Below, piece by piece: positions 7,823-17,873 of a stretch of 64,000 bases of DNA. The stretch is from a virus: the IMG/VR virus record IMGVR_UViG_3300042197_000370; one strand, 5' to 3'. The position numbers were made by a program, and so were the translations under genes. Within the stretch, counting starts at the first letter, position 1; every line of letters starts with the position of its first letter. A model generated the notes under the pieces. It was not told the origin of the DNA and did not search any database. It saw nothing but the letters and a program-made list of their open reading frames with translations.

Positions 7823-8100
7823 TTCTTTAACAGTTTGAACAAATCGTGTTTATGTTTTGGTGACCAGTATTTTCCTTCTTTACCGCAATCCCCAGAATAT
7901 CCTCGTTCCGAATAGCAATTCTTATAATCTGCCGGCACCGTGGTACCGCCGGTCACTGGATTAAAGTCTACTACACTTTTCTTACCTGTTCTCTTGCACT
8001 TATACCATTGCTGTCCGGGAGTTAACAGTTTGCTAGGATAATCATACCAAGGAATGAATGCATGGGTGCAATCCTTACATAACAGATTGTTATCATTCAT
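7819..8100 (-). CDS. Small Cys-rich protein (CxxC...C...C...C)
   Basis: Restarted at MNDNNLLCKDC (ATGA overlap). Confidence 0.7.
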   Translation of the reverse strand: MNDNNLLCKDCTHAFIPWYDYPSKLLTPGQQWYKCKRTGKKSVVDFNPVTGGTTVPADYKNCYSERGYSGDCGKEGKYWSPKHKHDLFKLLKK

Positions 8101-8321
8101 TCTTGAAATGCCTCCCAAAACAATTCATTATCCTTGACATTTGCTATGGGTTTGAGCCAACCTCTATCAATACAATCTAGTAAAATTGATTTATATTCCC
8201 TAGGACATTTATCACTAATTTCAAACCCTGCTCTAGGTGCCATAACTAATCCATCGATAATATGAAACTTTGGGTCACCTGATTTAATGGTTCGAATAGA
8301 TGTTTGGGTAACCTTAAACAT
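8097..8321 (-). CDS. Hypothetical protein
   Basis: 74 aa ORF overlapping the rnh stop. Confidence 0.7.
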   Translation of the reverse strand: MFKVTQTSIRTIKSGDPKFHIIDGLVMAPRAGFEISDKCPREYKSILLDCIDRGWLKPIANVKDNELFWEAFQE

Positions 8322-9318
8322 GTGCTAACTCACCTATATAAGGATTGTTCAACCACTTAGCATAACTATCAGCCTGATCGCTAATCTTCTGCAATTCGTA
8401 CTTACCACAAAACTTCATGAAGTGAACACCAACTTGCGGCGTAGTAGTTGTACGCACCCCGTTACGAATAGCATCATCTACCTTAACTTTAACGTCATCG
8501 GGTTGAGCAGTCAAGTCAATCAATGTACGGTTGCGCTCATAATCATCACGAACACGGCGCTCAACACCGTCATGATCAACCCAACGTTGCAACATCATGT
8601 TGTTCCAGTTAAAGCCTTGCTTAGTACGGTCAGCAAAGGCTTCGACAAGACCAACCTTGTTCTTGCTACCTTTCTCACGCACACCCGGGTAAGCACTGAA
8701 CACATTGTCAGTTGCATCACCACGCATACATTTTTTGAATAGCAAGTACTGTGGGTCCTCAAGTAGTTTATGTTCCTTAGTCTTTTTGTCAACTACAGGC
8801 TTACCGTTATCTTTGAAATATCCCTGTAGTGTAATGAGTTCGTTGGAGACTCCGTTATACTGGAACACATTTTCAGCAATAAGCTGAACGTAATCAGTAT
8901 CAGAACTAATAATGTAATGCGTGTCATTTGGATGTAGATGTATAAAACGTGCAATTAAATCGTCTGCCTCAGCGTTGGGTTCACGTAATACAGACACATT
9001 AGTTTTCTCACGCAAAAATGTTATAAACATTTCATACGTTTCCCAAAACATTTTGTTTTCTTCGATCTCTGCCTCAGTCATAGCAGATTCATCAAGTTTG
9101 CGATTAGCCTTGTACGGCTTATAGAAATCTTTACGCCAACTGCGACCCTCAAGACAGAACACAACGTGATCAATCTTATGGTTACGCACAATCTGATTGA
9201 CACTGGCAAGTGTCAGATGCAATGCCATACCAATCTTTTCCCATGTATCACTATTGCGACTGGCAACGTGACGGGCACGGAAGAAAGTATTAGCAGTATC
9301 GATAAGTGCGTAATTCAT
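8314..9318 (-). CDS. rnh: 5'-3' exonuclease / T4-type RNase H (FEN1/PIN fold)
   Basis: LIDTANTFFR, SWRKDFYKPYKANR, EADDLIA, SSDTDYVQL and GDATDNV motifs. Confidence 0.9.
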   Translation of the reverse strand: MNYALIDTANTFFRARHVASRNSDTWEKIGMALHLTLASVNQIVRNHKIDHVVFCLEGRSWRKDFYKPYKANRKLDESAMTEAEIEENKMFWETYEMFITFLREKTNVSVLREPNAEADDLIARFIHLHPNDTHYIISSDTDYVQLIAENVFQYNGVSNELITLQGYFKDNGKPVVDKKTKEHKLLEDPQYLLFKKCMRGDATDNVFSAYPGVREKGSKNKVGLVEAFADRTKQGFNWNNMMLQRWVDHDGVERRVRDDYERNRTLIDLTAQPDDVKVKVDDAIRNGVRTTTTPQVGVHFMKFCGKYELQKISDQADSYAKWLNNPYIGELAHV

Positions 9319-9351
9319 GTAAACTCGCTGGTAAGTTGATAATATACGTAT

Positions 9352-9380
9352 ATTATATGCAAAATAGTATTTTAAATCAA
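9352..9380 (-). promoter_or_regulatory. Sigma70-type promoter for rnh
   Basis: TTGATT (9380-9375), 17 nt, TATAAT (9357-9352). Confidence 0.7.
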
Positions 9381-9406
9381 CACATTTTGGGTAAATTTTT
9401 ACCCAT

Positions 9407-10612
9407 TTATCTGATTCTATAGATGAGGTGCATGTTCCTTTGCTCCCTCAACAGGTTATAATTATGGTCTACTATAGGTTGCAGTTTGGCTTGCCAATCT
9501 AAAAACTCACTATCCGTTTTGGAACATAGTCGTTCCAGTTCATTACATATGGCTTGAAGTCGTTCTTCATCATTTTCTATGTCATCGTAACTTTCATTAA
9601 TGTATGGATGAAACGTCTTATACCCGGCACGTTGTAATACTTTTAGTGATCCGGTGTAGCCTGCTAATATGAATGGCAACTTAGTAGCAATAAATTTATA
9701 AATCTTTTCTGTGAAAAAGTAACAGTCTAGTGACACACCACTTAATGATGGATTTGTAAGATATATGTTACCGGGGTCTTTGTCATGGAAGAATTTACTT
9801 TCAGTTACAATACCAAAATAACTGTCCTCATAAAAATGTGTGCTATCTACTTTGTTCATTGTAGATATGACTTCATTGTAGTTTAGATTTTCTAAATCTA
9901 AATTTAATGGGAACAGTTGCCAATTATCTTCTAATATCTTTTGTGTCTCTAAGTATGTATTTGGTAGATAGTGGTGTAGTCCTTTGATAACTGAATCAGT
10001 GTCAAAATCTAAATTTACTGTTTTGCTGTTCAGATAACAAGACACATATCCTTTATCTAGTAGTCCTCTTTTTATAATTTGTGCTACGATATGTAATCGT
10101 TCCCATTTAGTGTGCCTATTAAGTGATAAAAACTTTTTGCTTTTTACCTTAGGTTCGTTGTTTATAGTTCCCGAATTAGGATTCCAATGTATATAATTAT
10201 TTGCAGAGGTAACTTCTAAGTTGTTTTTAAATAGGCAGTTTATTTCTACCCAATTAAATCTATTACAATGATATTTGTAAAACGTTACATTTGCAGGATC
10301 TGGTGCACAGCCTAAAGCCAAATAAAGATTTCCAGGATGATATTTGGTATTATCTATTTCAGTTAATTCCGAAATGATTTTATTACATACATCAATTTGA
10401 TGATACGTTACACCTTCGCTCGTTATGTCAAAACAAACTTTGTTTTTGTTTTTATTAACACAATGCGAATGTATGTGTTTAGCAATCTCTATTGCATTGT
10501 CTTTATCAATGGTTGTAAATTTGTTTGTGTTTACAACAGTAATATCAAGACCCAAAGACTTATATAAATCGCTATTAGGATTTTCATCTAATGGGGGTAA
10601 CGGTATATCCAT
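9407..10612 (-). CDS. Putative glycosyltransferase-like protein, paralog 1 of 3 (IVxE...TEK..K/RP...PFI family)
   Basis: C-terminal block shared with 37687 and 55508; resembles the GT10-type nucleotide-sugar-binding motif. Confidence 0.6.
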   Translation of the reverse strand: MDIPLPPLDENPNSDLYKSLGLDITVVNTNKFTTIDKDNAIEIAKHIHSHCVNKNKNKVCFDITSEGVTYHQIDVCNKIISELTEIDNTKYHPGNLYLALGCAPDPANVTFYKYHCNRFNWVEINCLFKNNLEVTSANNYIHWNPNSGTINNEPKVKSKKFLSLNRHTKWERLHIVAQIIKRGLLDKGYVSCYLNSKTVNLDFDTDSVIKGLHHYLPNTYLETQKILEDNWQLFPLNLDLENLNYNEVISTMNKVDSTHFYEDSYFGIVTESKFFHDKDPGNIYLTNPSLSGVSLDCYFFTEKIYKFIATKLPFILAGYTGSLKVLQRAGYKTFHPYINESYDDIENDEERLQAICNELERLCSKTDSEFLDWQAKLQPIVDHNYNLLREQRNMHLIYRIR

Positions 10613-11052
10613 TAACTAACCTCTGATCTACCGTTACCAATGTCTTTGCTTTGAATTACCCGAACATCATTGCGTTTGCTGGGGTCAGCATCCTCTTGTT
10701 CATAGACTTCTAATGCAACATTGCGACAAACAGTTTGAAACCAACGGTCTACGATTTCAGCATCAGTGTCAGTTGACTTGATTTTATATCCTGCCTTAGT
10801 AAGATTGATTACAAATTTATCGTTCCAATCTAGTTCGAATGCACCGCTGTTAATATTATTTGGATCAATATCAACCTTTAATATAGCGATATACGGTTCA
10901 TTGTTAGCAGTAGCCTGTTCCTTGCTAGATAATACTACTTCCTTTTTCTTGCGTGGTTGTTTAGGTTTCTTTTCAACCTTAGGTTTTTCTGCCGGCTTAG
11001 CAAAAGCAGGATCATTTTCTCCACTCAACCATTTCTTTAATTTATCAAACAT
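10612..11052 (-). CDS. Conserved large-phage hypothetical protein (GAFELDWND type)
   Basis: 146 aa ORF, TAATG coupling. Confidence 0.8.
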   Translation of the reverse strand: MFDKLKKWLSGENDPAFAKPAEKPKVEKKPKQPRKKKEVVLSSKEQATANNEPYIAILKVDIDPNNINSGAFELDWNDKFVINLTKAGYKIKSTDTDAEIVDRWFQTVCRNVALEVYEQEDADPSKRNDVRVIQSKDIGNGRSEVS

Positions 11053-11061
11053 ATTTTATCC

Positions 11062-12087
11062 TCATGACTTGTATCTATCATACAATGCAAAACTGGCTAG
11101 ATTTTTAGCCTTACTCTCGCACATTATATCAGCCCATGCATTGTGTGTCAATGCCCAATCATTACATGCATTGTTCCAATAGTAGTCACTATGGGCACGT
11201 AGTTTCTGTTTATTATGACCACTCTCCATCAACGGAACAAGAGAGGGGCGTTCGTGTCGGGAATGGCTTGTAAGTACATCTTCCCTAGATACGGAGTAGT
11301 GTATAGCAGGACGCACACCGCGCCAACTATCAATAACCTTTTTAACACGGTCGTCATTTGCTTCAATGTATTCTCCAGTTTTAATCCAATTGTGATGAAT
11401 GTCGAGTACGATAGGAACAAGATCAGCCAACTCTAGGCACGAATCGAGACCCCAACTGATTTCTTCGTTTTCGATTGTGAGTCCATTTCTTGCTTCGGGG
11501 CTGAGTCTGTTGTAGGCCCGCCTGATGCCTTCGGGACCGGCTCGACCCGAGATGTGGACATTGATTTTAATGTCCTGAAACGATTTACCATATCCCATGA
11601 AACGGGCCATATCTGCATGGTACTCAAACTCCTCTATACTCTTATTTACTACCTCAGGACGATCACTTGCAAGTACCACAAACTGATCGGGGTGAAACGA
11701 AACACGAACATCATTAGCACGTGCAGTCTCACCTATAGGAGCCATCCAACGTTCAAGTGAGTTTTGAACATCGGTGCTATGCCAAAAGTCTTTGTACTCG
11801 TCCATAGTATAGAACGAAAACATGTCGCTAGTAAGACGCAACATACGTAGCCCGCGAGGCAACTCTGCGACTTTCTTAACAAGTGCATGAGTATTAAGAA
11901 TGTTACGTTTTGCTACATCAATAAGTTTGTCCTCGACAATTTGCCGTGACTTTTGACGTTTGGCCCATGCGTGAGTAGTGCCACCTGTATTGAGGCCCTC
12001 AGTGCTGGTAATCTCGCCCTTCTTATTGATTTCTGCCCATTTGCAAGCGAAACCAATGCGTTGTATAGACATGTCGAAAGTGTGCAT
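11062..12087 (-). CDS. uvsE: UV DNA damage endonuclease (UvsE/UvdE)
   Basis: RIGFAC, RLTSD, RVSFHPDQFVVL, LTIENEE, VLDIHH and LRAHSDY motifs. Confidence 0.92.
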   Translation of the reverse strand: MHTFDMSIQRIGFACKWAEINKKGEITSTEGLNTGGTTHAWAKRQKSRQIVEDKLIDVAKRNILNTHALVKKVAELPRGLRMLRLTSDMFSFYTMDEYKDFWHSTDVQNSLERWMAPIGETARANDVRVSFHPDQFVVLASDRPEVVNKSIEEFEYHADMARFMGYGKSFQDIKINVHISGRAGPEGIRRAYNRLSPEARNGLTIENEEISWGLDSCLELADLVPIVLDIHHNWIKTGEYIEANDDRVKKVIDSWRGVRPAIHYSVSREDVLTSHSRHERPSLVPLMESGHNKQKLRAHSDYYWNNACNDWALTHNAWADIMCESKAKNLASFALYDRYKS

Positions 12088-12167
12088 AGTAAACCAAAGT
12101 TGATAAATATATAATCAAGTGTACAATATATATGTAGTTATTGTCAACCTATTTGGAACCCAAAGTC

Positions 12168-13742
12168 ATGAATATAATAGAATTAATGGAAGGCGTTGAG
12201 CCAAAATTACCCGGTGCACCCAAAGGCATCAAAATTATGACCCCGCAACAGTTTGTGGCTGATGCAGGGGATGAGGAAGTGGATGAGGACCTAAGCCGTA
12301 GGGGATTTTTAGGGGCATTGGGTAAAGCAGGATTAGCAGCCGCAGGTGCTGGTCTAGCAGGTAAAGCACAGGCAAGAGTGTCCCCTGGACAAGATGATCG
12401 AGGTTTTGGTAATAACCAAACAAATACTAGTAAAGATTTGGGTGACGGTTTTGAATTAGCAACGGTAGATATTGCAGGGTTCACAGTAAAGGCAGTGTTG
12501 GATACACAAACTAATACGTATTATACATTGAATCGAAAGCCAACTACCGGAGGTGCTATTTTTAGTTCACCTGCAAAATATGTTTTTGTAAGAGACGGCA
12601 AAGTAAACACATCAATGAGTATAGGTCCTGCTACAAAACAAGCAATGCAAAAGGCAGGGCTTATTCAAGGTGTAGATGAGGCAACTAAACTTGCAGCACC
12701 TACTAGACCAATTGGCGATCCAGAGTTAACAGACTATTTGGATCGTATCCGTAATAGAGAAAAGAATAAGACAGACAAATATAAACTTCCATATATTCAT
12801 CGTAGTAGTGTAGTAAGTTACTATAATGAAGAAGGTAAAAAATACAATACTGACGCTATTAAAAAAGCACTAGCAGAAAGACCAAAAGCACTTCTTAAAA
12901 AGAATGAGAAGATGAAGCATAGTGACGGTGAAGAAGAACAATTTTTCAACGTTGGCTTTGCCGCATTAGTTGGTATAGCATTAGATGAGAATACAAACGA
13001 ATTGATTATTGTTAATACTTGCCCAGGTGCAGGTAGTTGTAAAGTAGATTGCTTTGCTATGAAGGGCGGTAAGGTACAGTTCCAAGGTCCATGGTTAAGT
13101 GATGGTAGAATTCTTACATATCTACTCAACGATCCAAATGGATTTTTTGAGCAATTAAAAGCAGAGATTAGTAAAGAAGTTTCTAAGAGCAAGGGCAAAT
13201 ATAAAGTAAGCATTCGCTGGCATGATGCTGGCGACTTCTTTAGCCCAGAGTATGCAAGTATGGCATTTAAGTTAGCAGACTCATTACCAAACGTTGACTT
13301 CTATGCATATACCAAAGTTGCTGACGTAGCATTGGGTAATAAGCCAAAGAACTTTATGATTAACTGGAGTGAAGGAGCAAGTAGTTCACAAGAGAAAAAA
13401 GTAAAGGGTGCTGATAGTGACTTATCAAAGACAAAGAACAGTAGAATTGTTCCTAGCGAATTGTTCTATGATTTGTTAGTAAAGGACGAAAAGAAGAACT
13501 TAGTTAAGGGTGCGGAAGGCCAATGGCAAGTAATACCTGACAAGTTACCTGAACTAAAACAAAGACTAGCCAAAGAATATGGATTAAGCGGTAATAGCAT
13601 ATTAAGTTATGATGAGTGGGAAAGTAAAGTAAAGGGCAAAGATAAGTCACCATTGAAGTACAATGTTATCATTGCTCCCGGTGAACCTGACTTAACTGCT
13701 AAAGACGCAGGCGTATTGAGTACGTTATTGTTGAAACACTAA
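12168..13742 (+). CDS. Modular protein: internal Tat-like signal module plus C-terminal gp88-like (radical-SAM-related) domain
   Basis: Restarted at MNIIELME; DLSRRGFLG...AQA module between two VDE sites; TCPGAGSCKVDCFA, RWHDAGDFFS and FYAYTK motifs. Confidence 0.75.
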   Translation: MNIIELMEGVEPKLPGAPKGIKIMTPQQFVADAGDEEVDEDLSRRGFLGALGKAGLAAAGAGLAGKAQARVSPGQDDRGFGNNQTNTSKDLGDGFELATVDIAGFTVKAVLDTQTNTYYTLNRKPTTGGAIFSSPAKYVFVRDGKVNTSMSIGPATKQAMQKAGLIQGVDEATKLAAPTRPIGDPELTDYLDRIRNREKNKTDKYKLPYIHRSSVVSYYNEEGKKYNTDAIKKALAERPKALLKKNEKMKHSDGEEEQFFNVGFAALVGIALDENTNELIIVNTCPGAGSCKVDCFAMKGGKVQFQGPWLSDGRILTYLLNDPNGFFEQLKAEISKEVSKSKGKYKVSIRWHDAGDFFSPEYASMAFKLADSLPNVDFYAYTKVADVALGNKPKNFMINWSEGASSSQEKKVKGADSDLSKTKNSRIVPSELFYDLLVKDEKKNLVKGAEGQWQVIPDKLPELKQRLAKEYGLSGNSILSYDEWESKVKGKDKSPLKYNVIIAPGEPDLTAKDAGVLSTLLLKH

Positions 13743-14593
13743 TGAGAGCAACTGAATTTCTTAAGGAGTCTGAAGTTGATGAAATGGCGTTAGCCAAATA
13801 TCAACCAATGGGTGACTTTACTAAGCCAGGACCATTTAGGGGAGTAGATAAGAAATTAGTGCCTCATCCTAAAAATCAGTTGAAGGCAGAAAAGTTCTTT
13901 GAAAAAACTCCATATGATTTTAGATTATTCTTTAGCAATATATCAGGTACAGGTCGCTATAGTGAATATGGTCCTATGGATCCAAAGAACGTAGAAATAA
14001 TATTTGGTGATGCCGCTAAAGATATTATAGATGGACATGATGATGCTATTACTGTAGTATTCGTAGGTAATAAAGGTGATAGCAAAGTTATGTTAACACC
14101 ATGGATGATGGCGCATCGTTTTGGACATGCTATACAAGCAGGAGTGCGCGGTAAGAATCAATGGAGTGCTTGGACAGAAGCCGAAAATCATTTTTTCAAT
14201 GCAGTTAACAATCTATTAAATGAATATTACGGTAAGATCGGTAAGCCAGGTGGTAATTTAAAATGGGAACTTACCCCTGAATACAACGCATTATTCAATG
14301 CTATTGGAACACAGCGTAGTAGCCGTAGTAATGAAATTAGAAGACCTTACGAATTTTTGTATGAACTATTTGCACAGTATTTAGGTACTGGTAATGTCAC
14401 ACTTAAGCCTTTCCCAACTAACTTAAGTTATGGTCGTAAAGTATGGGGAAATCCCACACGTTATATGAATATCAAGCCCGAGTTCCGTGACGAAAACGAA
14501 CGAAAGAATGCTGCCGAAACACTAGCACGTGATATGGAAATGATGTTTGATGACGTACTAAGCAGTAGCGTCGGCAAGATATTCGTTATGTAA
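13742..14593 (+). CDS. Putative internal head protein with capsid-targeting-like N-terminus
   Basis: MRATEFLKESEVDE start; HRFGH zincin-like motif lacking the catalytic Glu. Confidence 0.7.
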   Translation: MRATEFLKESEVDEMALAKYQPMGDFTKPGPFRGVDKKLVPHPKNQLKAEKFFEKTPYDFRLFFSNISGTGRYSEYGPMDPKNVEIIFGDAAKDIIDGHDDAITVVFVGNKGDSKVMLTPWMMAHRFGHAIQAGVRGKNQWSAWTEAENHFFNAVNNLLNEYYGKIGKPGGNLKWELTPEYNALFNAIGTQRSSRSNEIRRPYEFLYELFAQYLGTGNVTLKPFPTNLSYGRKVWGNPTRYMNIKPEFRDENERKNAAETLARDMEMMFDDVLSSSVGKIFVM

Positions 14594-15419
14594 CTTTTAA
14601 TAGTTCTTCAAACGAATACAAATTCTTCATATAGGGCGACACATCTTCTAGTACACTACTAGGCAAATCACCTTCTCGTCTAGGTCCATATGTAATATCA
14701 AACTCAACGTCATTGACCCTACGAAATAAATCTACAATTTCTTTAACACTATAACCTACACCATGTCCTAAGCATTCAACACTATTGCTAGGTTTATCAA
14801 TGGCAGTTACTAATGCTTCACAAATTTCTAATACATGTACATAGTCACGAACACATGTACCATCAACGCTTGCGTCATAGTCATTTCCGTGTATTGTAAA
14901 TGTACCGGTCTGACTAGCCTTCATTAAATTATACATTAATCCATCTGGATTAGTAGGTGGAACTACAGTACTACCAATTACATTATAAAATCTAAAAATT
15001 GTGTAATCTTTTGGATTTACCCCTGTGCAATACTCACGTACAACATCTTCTGCGGCACGTTTACTAATACCATAAGCACTAGCGCATCCTTCTGCGGCAC
15101 CAGTACTTGCAAAAATAAAGTTTTTAGTTTTTACCTTATTGATGACATTCATAGTACCATTAATATTGGTTATGTAATACATGATGGGAGTACGTTGACT
15201 CTCACCTACATTTACCTTAGCAGCCAAATGTATAACAGCATCAAACTCTTCTGCTATTTCAAACTGACGATTTATGTCTACGTTATAGAATCTATGCGCA
15301 GGAACTTGAGGTGGATTTATATCTAGACAATGTACTTCGTAATTCAGTTTATCCATTAACATTTTAACTAAATGCGAACCAATATATCCTGAACTACCGG
15401 TAACTAATATTTTTTTCAT
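14586..15419 (-). CDS. galE: NAD-dependent epimerase / UDP-glucose 4-epimerase
   Basis: ILVTGSSGYIGSH, VIHLAA, YGISK, RDYVHV, RREGD. Confidence 0.88.
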   Translation of the reverse strand: MKKILVTGSSGYIGSHLVKMLMDKLNYEVHCLDINPPQVPAHRFYNVDINRQFEIAEEFDAVIHLAAKVNVGESQRTPIMYYITNINGTMNVINKVKTKNFIFASTGAAEGCASAYGISKRAAEDVVREYCTGVNPKDYTIFRFYNVIGSTVVPPTNPDGLMYNLMKASQTGTFTIHGNDYDASVDGTCVRDYVHVLEICEALVTAIDKPSNSVECLGHGVGYSVKEIVDLFRRVNDVEFDITYGPRREGDLPSSVLEDVSPYMKNLYSFEELLKVT

Positions 15420-16141
15420 ATTTTCCTCACATCATCTTTTTTATATATATTATCCATAATTGTATCCTTCACATCCCATTCTAATTCTGTTAAATCTATG
15501 GCAGTATCTAATGTTTTATTTTTTATTAAGTCGCATATGATATTTGCTAAACGTTTATTGTTTAGTGAGTTAAGATGGCAGTCTCGCAAATCTCCGCCGC
15601 GATCTGTATTAACATTGCCGGTACGTTGATATTTTCCCTTATAAAAAATATGCTCTGCTATAGATACTTGATTTAATTTTAACAATACTGGATAACTTAC
15701 CTTAGGCATATCATAGTCTAATGGGAAACTAAAAATATTTACAAGGTACTTATTATTTTCTTGACAAATTCTATTCACATCTTTAACGATGTTGACACTT
15801 ATATAATTCAATAACTCCTCAGACATTATATCTTTTCTGATTTTATTATAAGGTTCCATTAGCGAATTACCTGTGAATCCTATTTCCCAAGCATAGTGTT
15901 CTAGTCCAAGTGGTGTTACTGGCCAACGCATACTGTTAGTATGACAAAACACAATACAATCGTATTTTTTATAACGTTTGATAAATTGTTCATATGAATA
16001 CCAATGTGATGTACCGCCCCTAGCCCACTGACCTGCTTTACCGTCGCCCATCATTTCATTTAATAATATAGGCCATGGCTTGTTCTCAGTGTAAACACCG
16101 TAATAGGCTGCAAAACTATCACCAAATATACCTATACGCAT
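15416..16141 (-). CDS. SGNH/GDSL-like protein
   Basis: N-terminal IFGDSF, ARGGTS block, C-terminal DCHL. Confidence 0.6.
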   Translation of the reverse strand: MRIGIFGDSFAAYYGVYTENKPWPILLNEMMGDGKAGQWARGGTSHWYSYEQFIKRYKKYDCIVFCHTNSMRWPVTPLGLEHYAWEIGFTGNSLMEPYNKIRKDIMSEELLNYISVNIVKDVNRICQENNKYLVNIFSFPLDYDMPKVSYPVLLKLNQVSIAEHIFYKGKYQRTGNVNTDRGGDLRDCHLNSLNNKRLANIICDLIKNKTLDTAIDLTELEWDVKDTIMDNIYKKDDVRKI

Positions 16142-17479
16142 TTATAGACCTTGAAATAAGCCGTCTGCCTCTGCCGTTTCTTCTGGCTCAAATGATGGAT
16201 CTCTAGTCAACCAAGTATCATCATCAGTATAGATTACACGAAATTTATGTTTGTTGGTTAATACACTGCGAATATCATCTATGCATACGATTTTTCTATT
16301 TAAACTCTGTACATAATCTAGGTATCTCACCGTGCCAAAGTTACAAATTTGTGCAGTATTACTATTGCTTTGTTTGCCTACAAACTTATTAAAGCATTCA
16401 TTCCATTTGTGAAACACTTGGTCTTCTATGGCACGATATTTTTCTAATATTCCATTAGCATACCATGTTTTAGCATCGGGCACATTATTATATAGTTCTG
16501 TTACTTTAGAAGCCATATTCTTTTTATTAACTGTAAAGAAATGATGACTATCAAAATTATTAGTCCAACGTTGATTTTCTAATACTACTGTTGGTAATTG
16601 TATATGCTGTTCATAGAAAGCCATGCCATAACTTTCTACAATGCTAGGATTGAATGCTACTCTTGCGCTTGTGATGAAATCTACTTTCTCTTGTCCTACG
16701 ATGCTAGCACGAACATCGTATGTCGCACCAATCTTCTTTAATCGTTCTTCAAACTTCTTTACACCGTTAGGGCTAGTCATCACTTTAGCAGGAAGTTTTG
16801 TCTGTTCGATCAAATCGATGAATAGTTCAGGATTCTTACCTTCTTCCCAGCGACCAACAAACAACACGCCCTCACGTGGTTTGTGATGCTCTTCCAGTAA
16901 TACACGCTCTGTGATAGGAATAGGAAGATGCCATGCCCCGTTACTCATAGATATTTGATTGAACTTGCTTTGTGTTCCAATCCATAATGCGTTGCATTCA
17001 AGTTGTTTACGCATCATATCATTAGTAGAGTATAAGAATGGATTCTTAGTATCCTTAAATATCTGACTTTCTAAATGTGTATAGGCAATAATTTGAACAA
17101 CATCTTCAAGACCCATGGTACTAGCAACCTGCACACTCTCGTAGGTATTACAGATAAGTGCGTCATAAATGTTATGCTCCATTGCTTCAACAATAGCATT
17201 ACGGAAGTTAGCCATACGTTCATAGCAAAATGTATCACCATACATAAAGATATTGCTATGTAGTGTGTATGGCAATGATTCTAATGGTGCGATGATGTTA
17301 GCCTTCAACGACTTGACAAACTCATTATCTTTAGGTTCTTTGTCACAAATAATATCAACTTTGATATTATGTTCATCCATAAGTTCGCAAAAACTTTTTG
17401 CAAACTGTCCTATGCCACCGTGCGGGATTAATGTTTGGTAACTAACAATAAATCCTATACGTTTGTCATACGTTCTCAC
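16142..17479 (-). CDS. GT-B (GT4-like) glycosyltransferase
   Basis: HGGIGQF, VLFVGRWEEGKNP, NPSIVESYGMAFYE motifs. Confidence 0.8.
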   Translation of the reverse strand: MRTYDKRIGFIVSYQTLIPHGGIGQFAKSFCELMDEHNIKVDIICDKEPKDNEFVKSLKANIIAPLESLPYTLHSNIFMYGDTFCYERMANFRNAIVEAMEHNIYDALICNTYESVQVASTMGLEDVVQIIAYTHLESQIFKDTKNPFLYSTNDMMRKQLECNALWIGTQSKFNQISMSNGAWHLPIPITERVLLEEHHKPREGVLFVGRWEEGKNPELFIDLIEQTKLPAKVMTSPNGVKKFEERLKKIGATYDVRASIVGQEKVDFITSARVAFNPSIVESYGMAFYEQHIQLPTVVLENQRWTNNFDSHHFFTVNKKNMASKVTELYNNVPDAKTWYANGILEKYRAIEDQVFHKWNECFNKFVGKQSNSNTAQICNFGTVRYLDYVQSLNRKIVCIDDIRSVLTNKHKFRVIYTDDDTWLTRDPSFEPEETAEADGLFQGL

Positions 17480-17697
17480 ACTACATCCTTTATTCTATTT
17501 ACCAAAAATTCATCACGATCATACCATCTAGATTCAAAGACTGCATCACCGGGCCCAGTCCACATTGCAGTTTGTTTGAATGCATGTTCAAACCAAATTA
17601 CTTTACCAGACAGATAACAACGTTTAGGCCACAATACAAATTTGTATTCTGTTCCTATGCAATTTCTTTTGAAACTGTCATCATATATCATTACCAA
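17476..17697 (-). CDS. Hypothetical protein
   Basis: 73 aa ORF; WPKRCYLSGKVIW pattern. Confidence 0.65.
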   Translation of the reverse strand: MVMIYDDSFKRNCIGTEYKFVLWPKRCYLSGKVIWFEHAFKQTAMWTGPGDAVFESRWYDRDEFLVNRIKDVV

Positions 17698-17873
17698 CTC
17701 TCTATATCAGTAATGTCTACCTTAATAAAACTAGGATTATATTCTAAAATAACATTTGGACCAATCCCACTTTTACTATCATAATGAAGTTTAACATAGT
17801 CAATTGTGTCATACATTTCAAATGCTTCTTTAATTTTCTCGTATTGATTTCTTGTTATAACTATCGTTGTCAT
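17691..17873 (-). CDS. Hypothetical protein
   Basis: Restarted at MTTIV (TAATG with queE). Confidence 0.65.
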   Translation of the reverse strand: MTTIVITRNQYEKIKEAFEMYDTIDYVKLHYDSKSGIGPNVILEYNPSFIKVDITDIESW

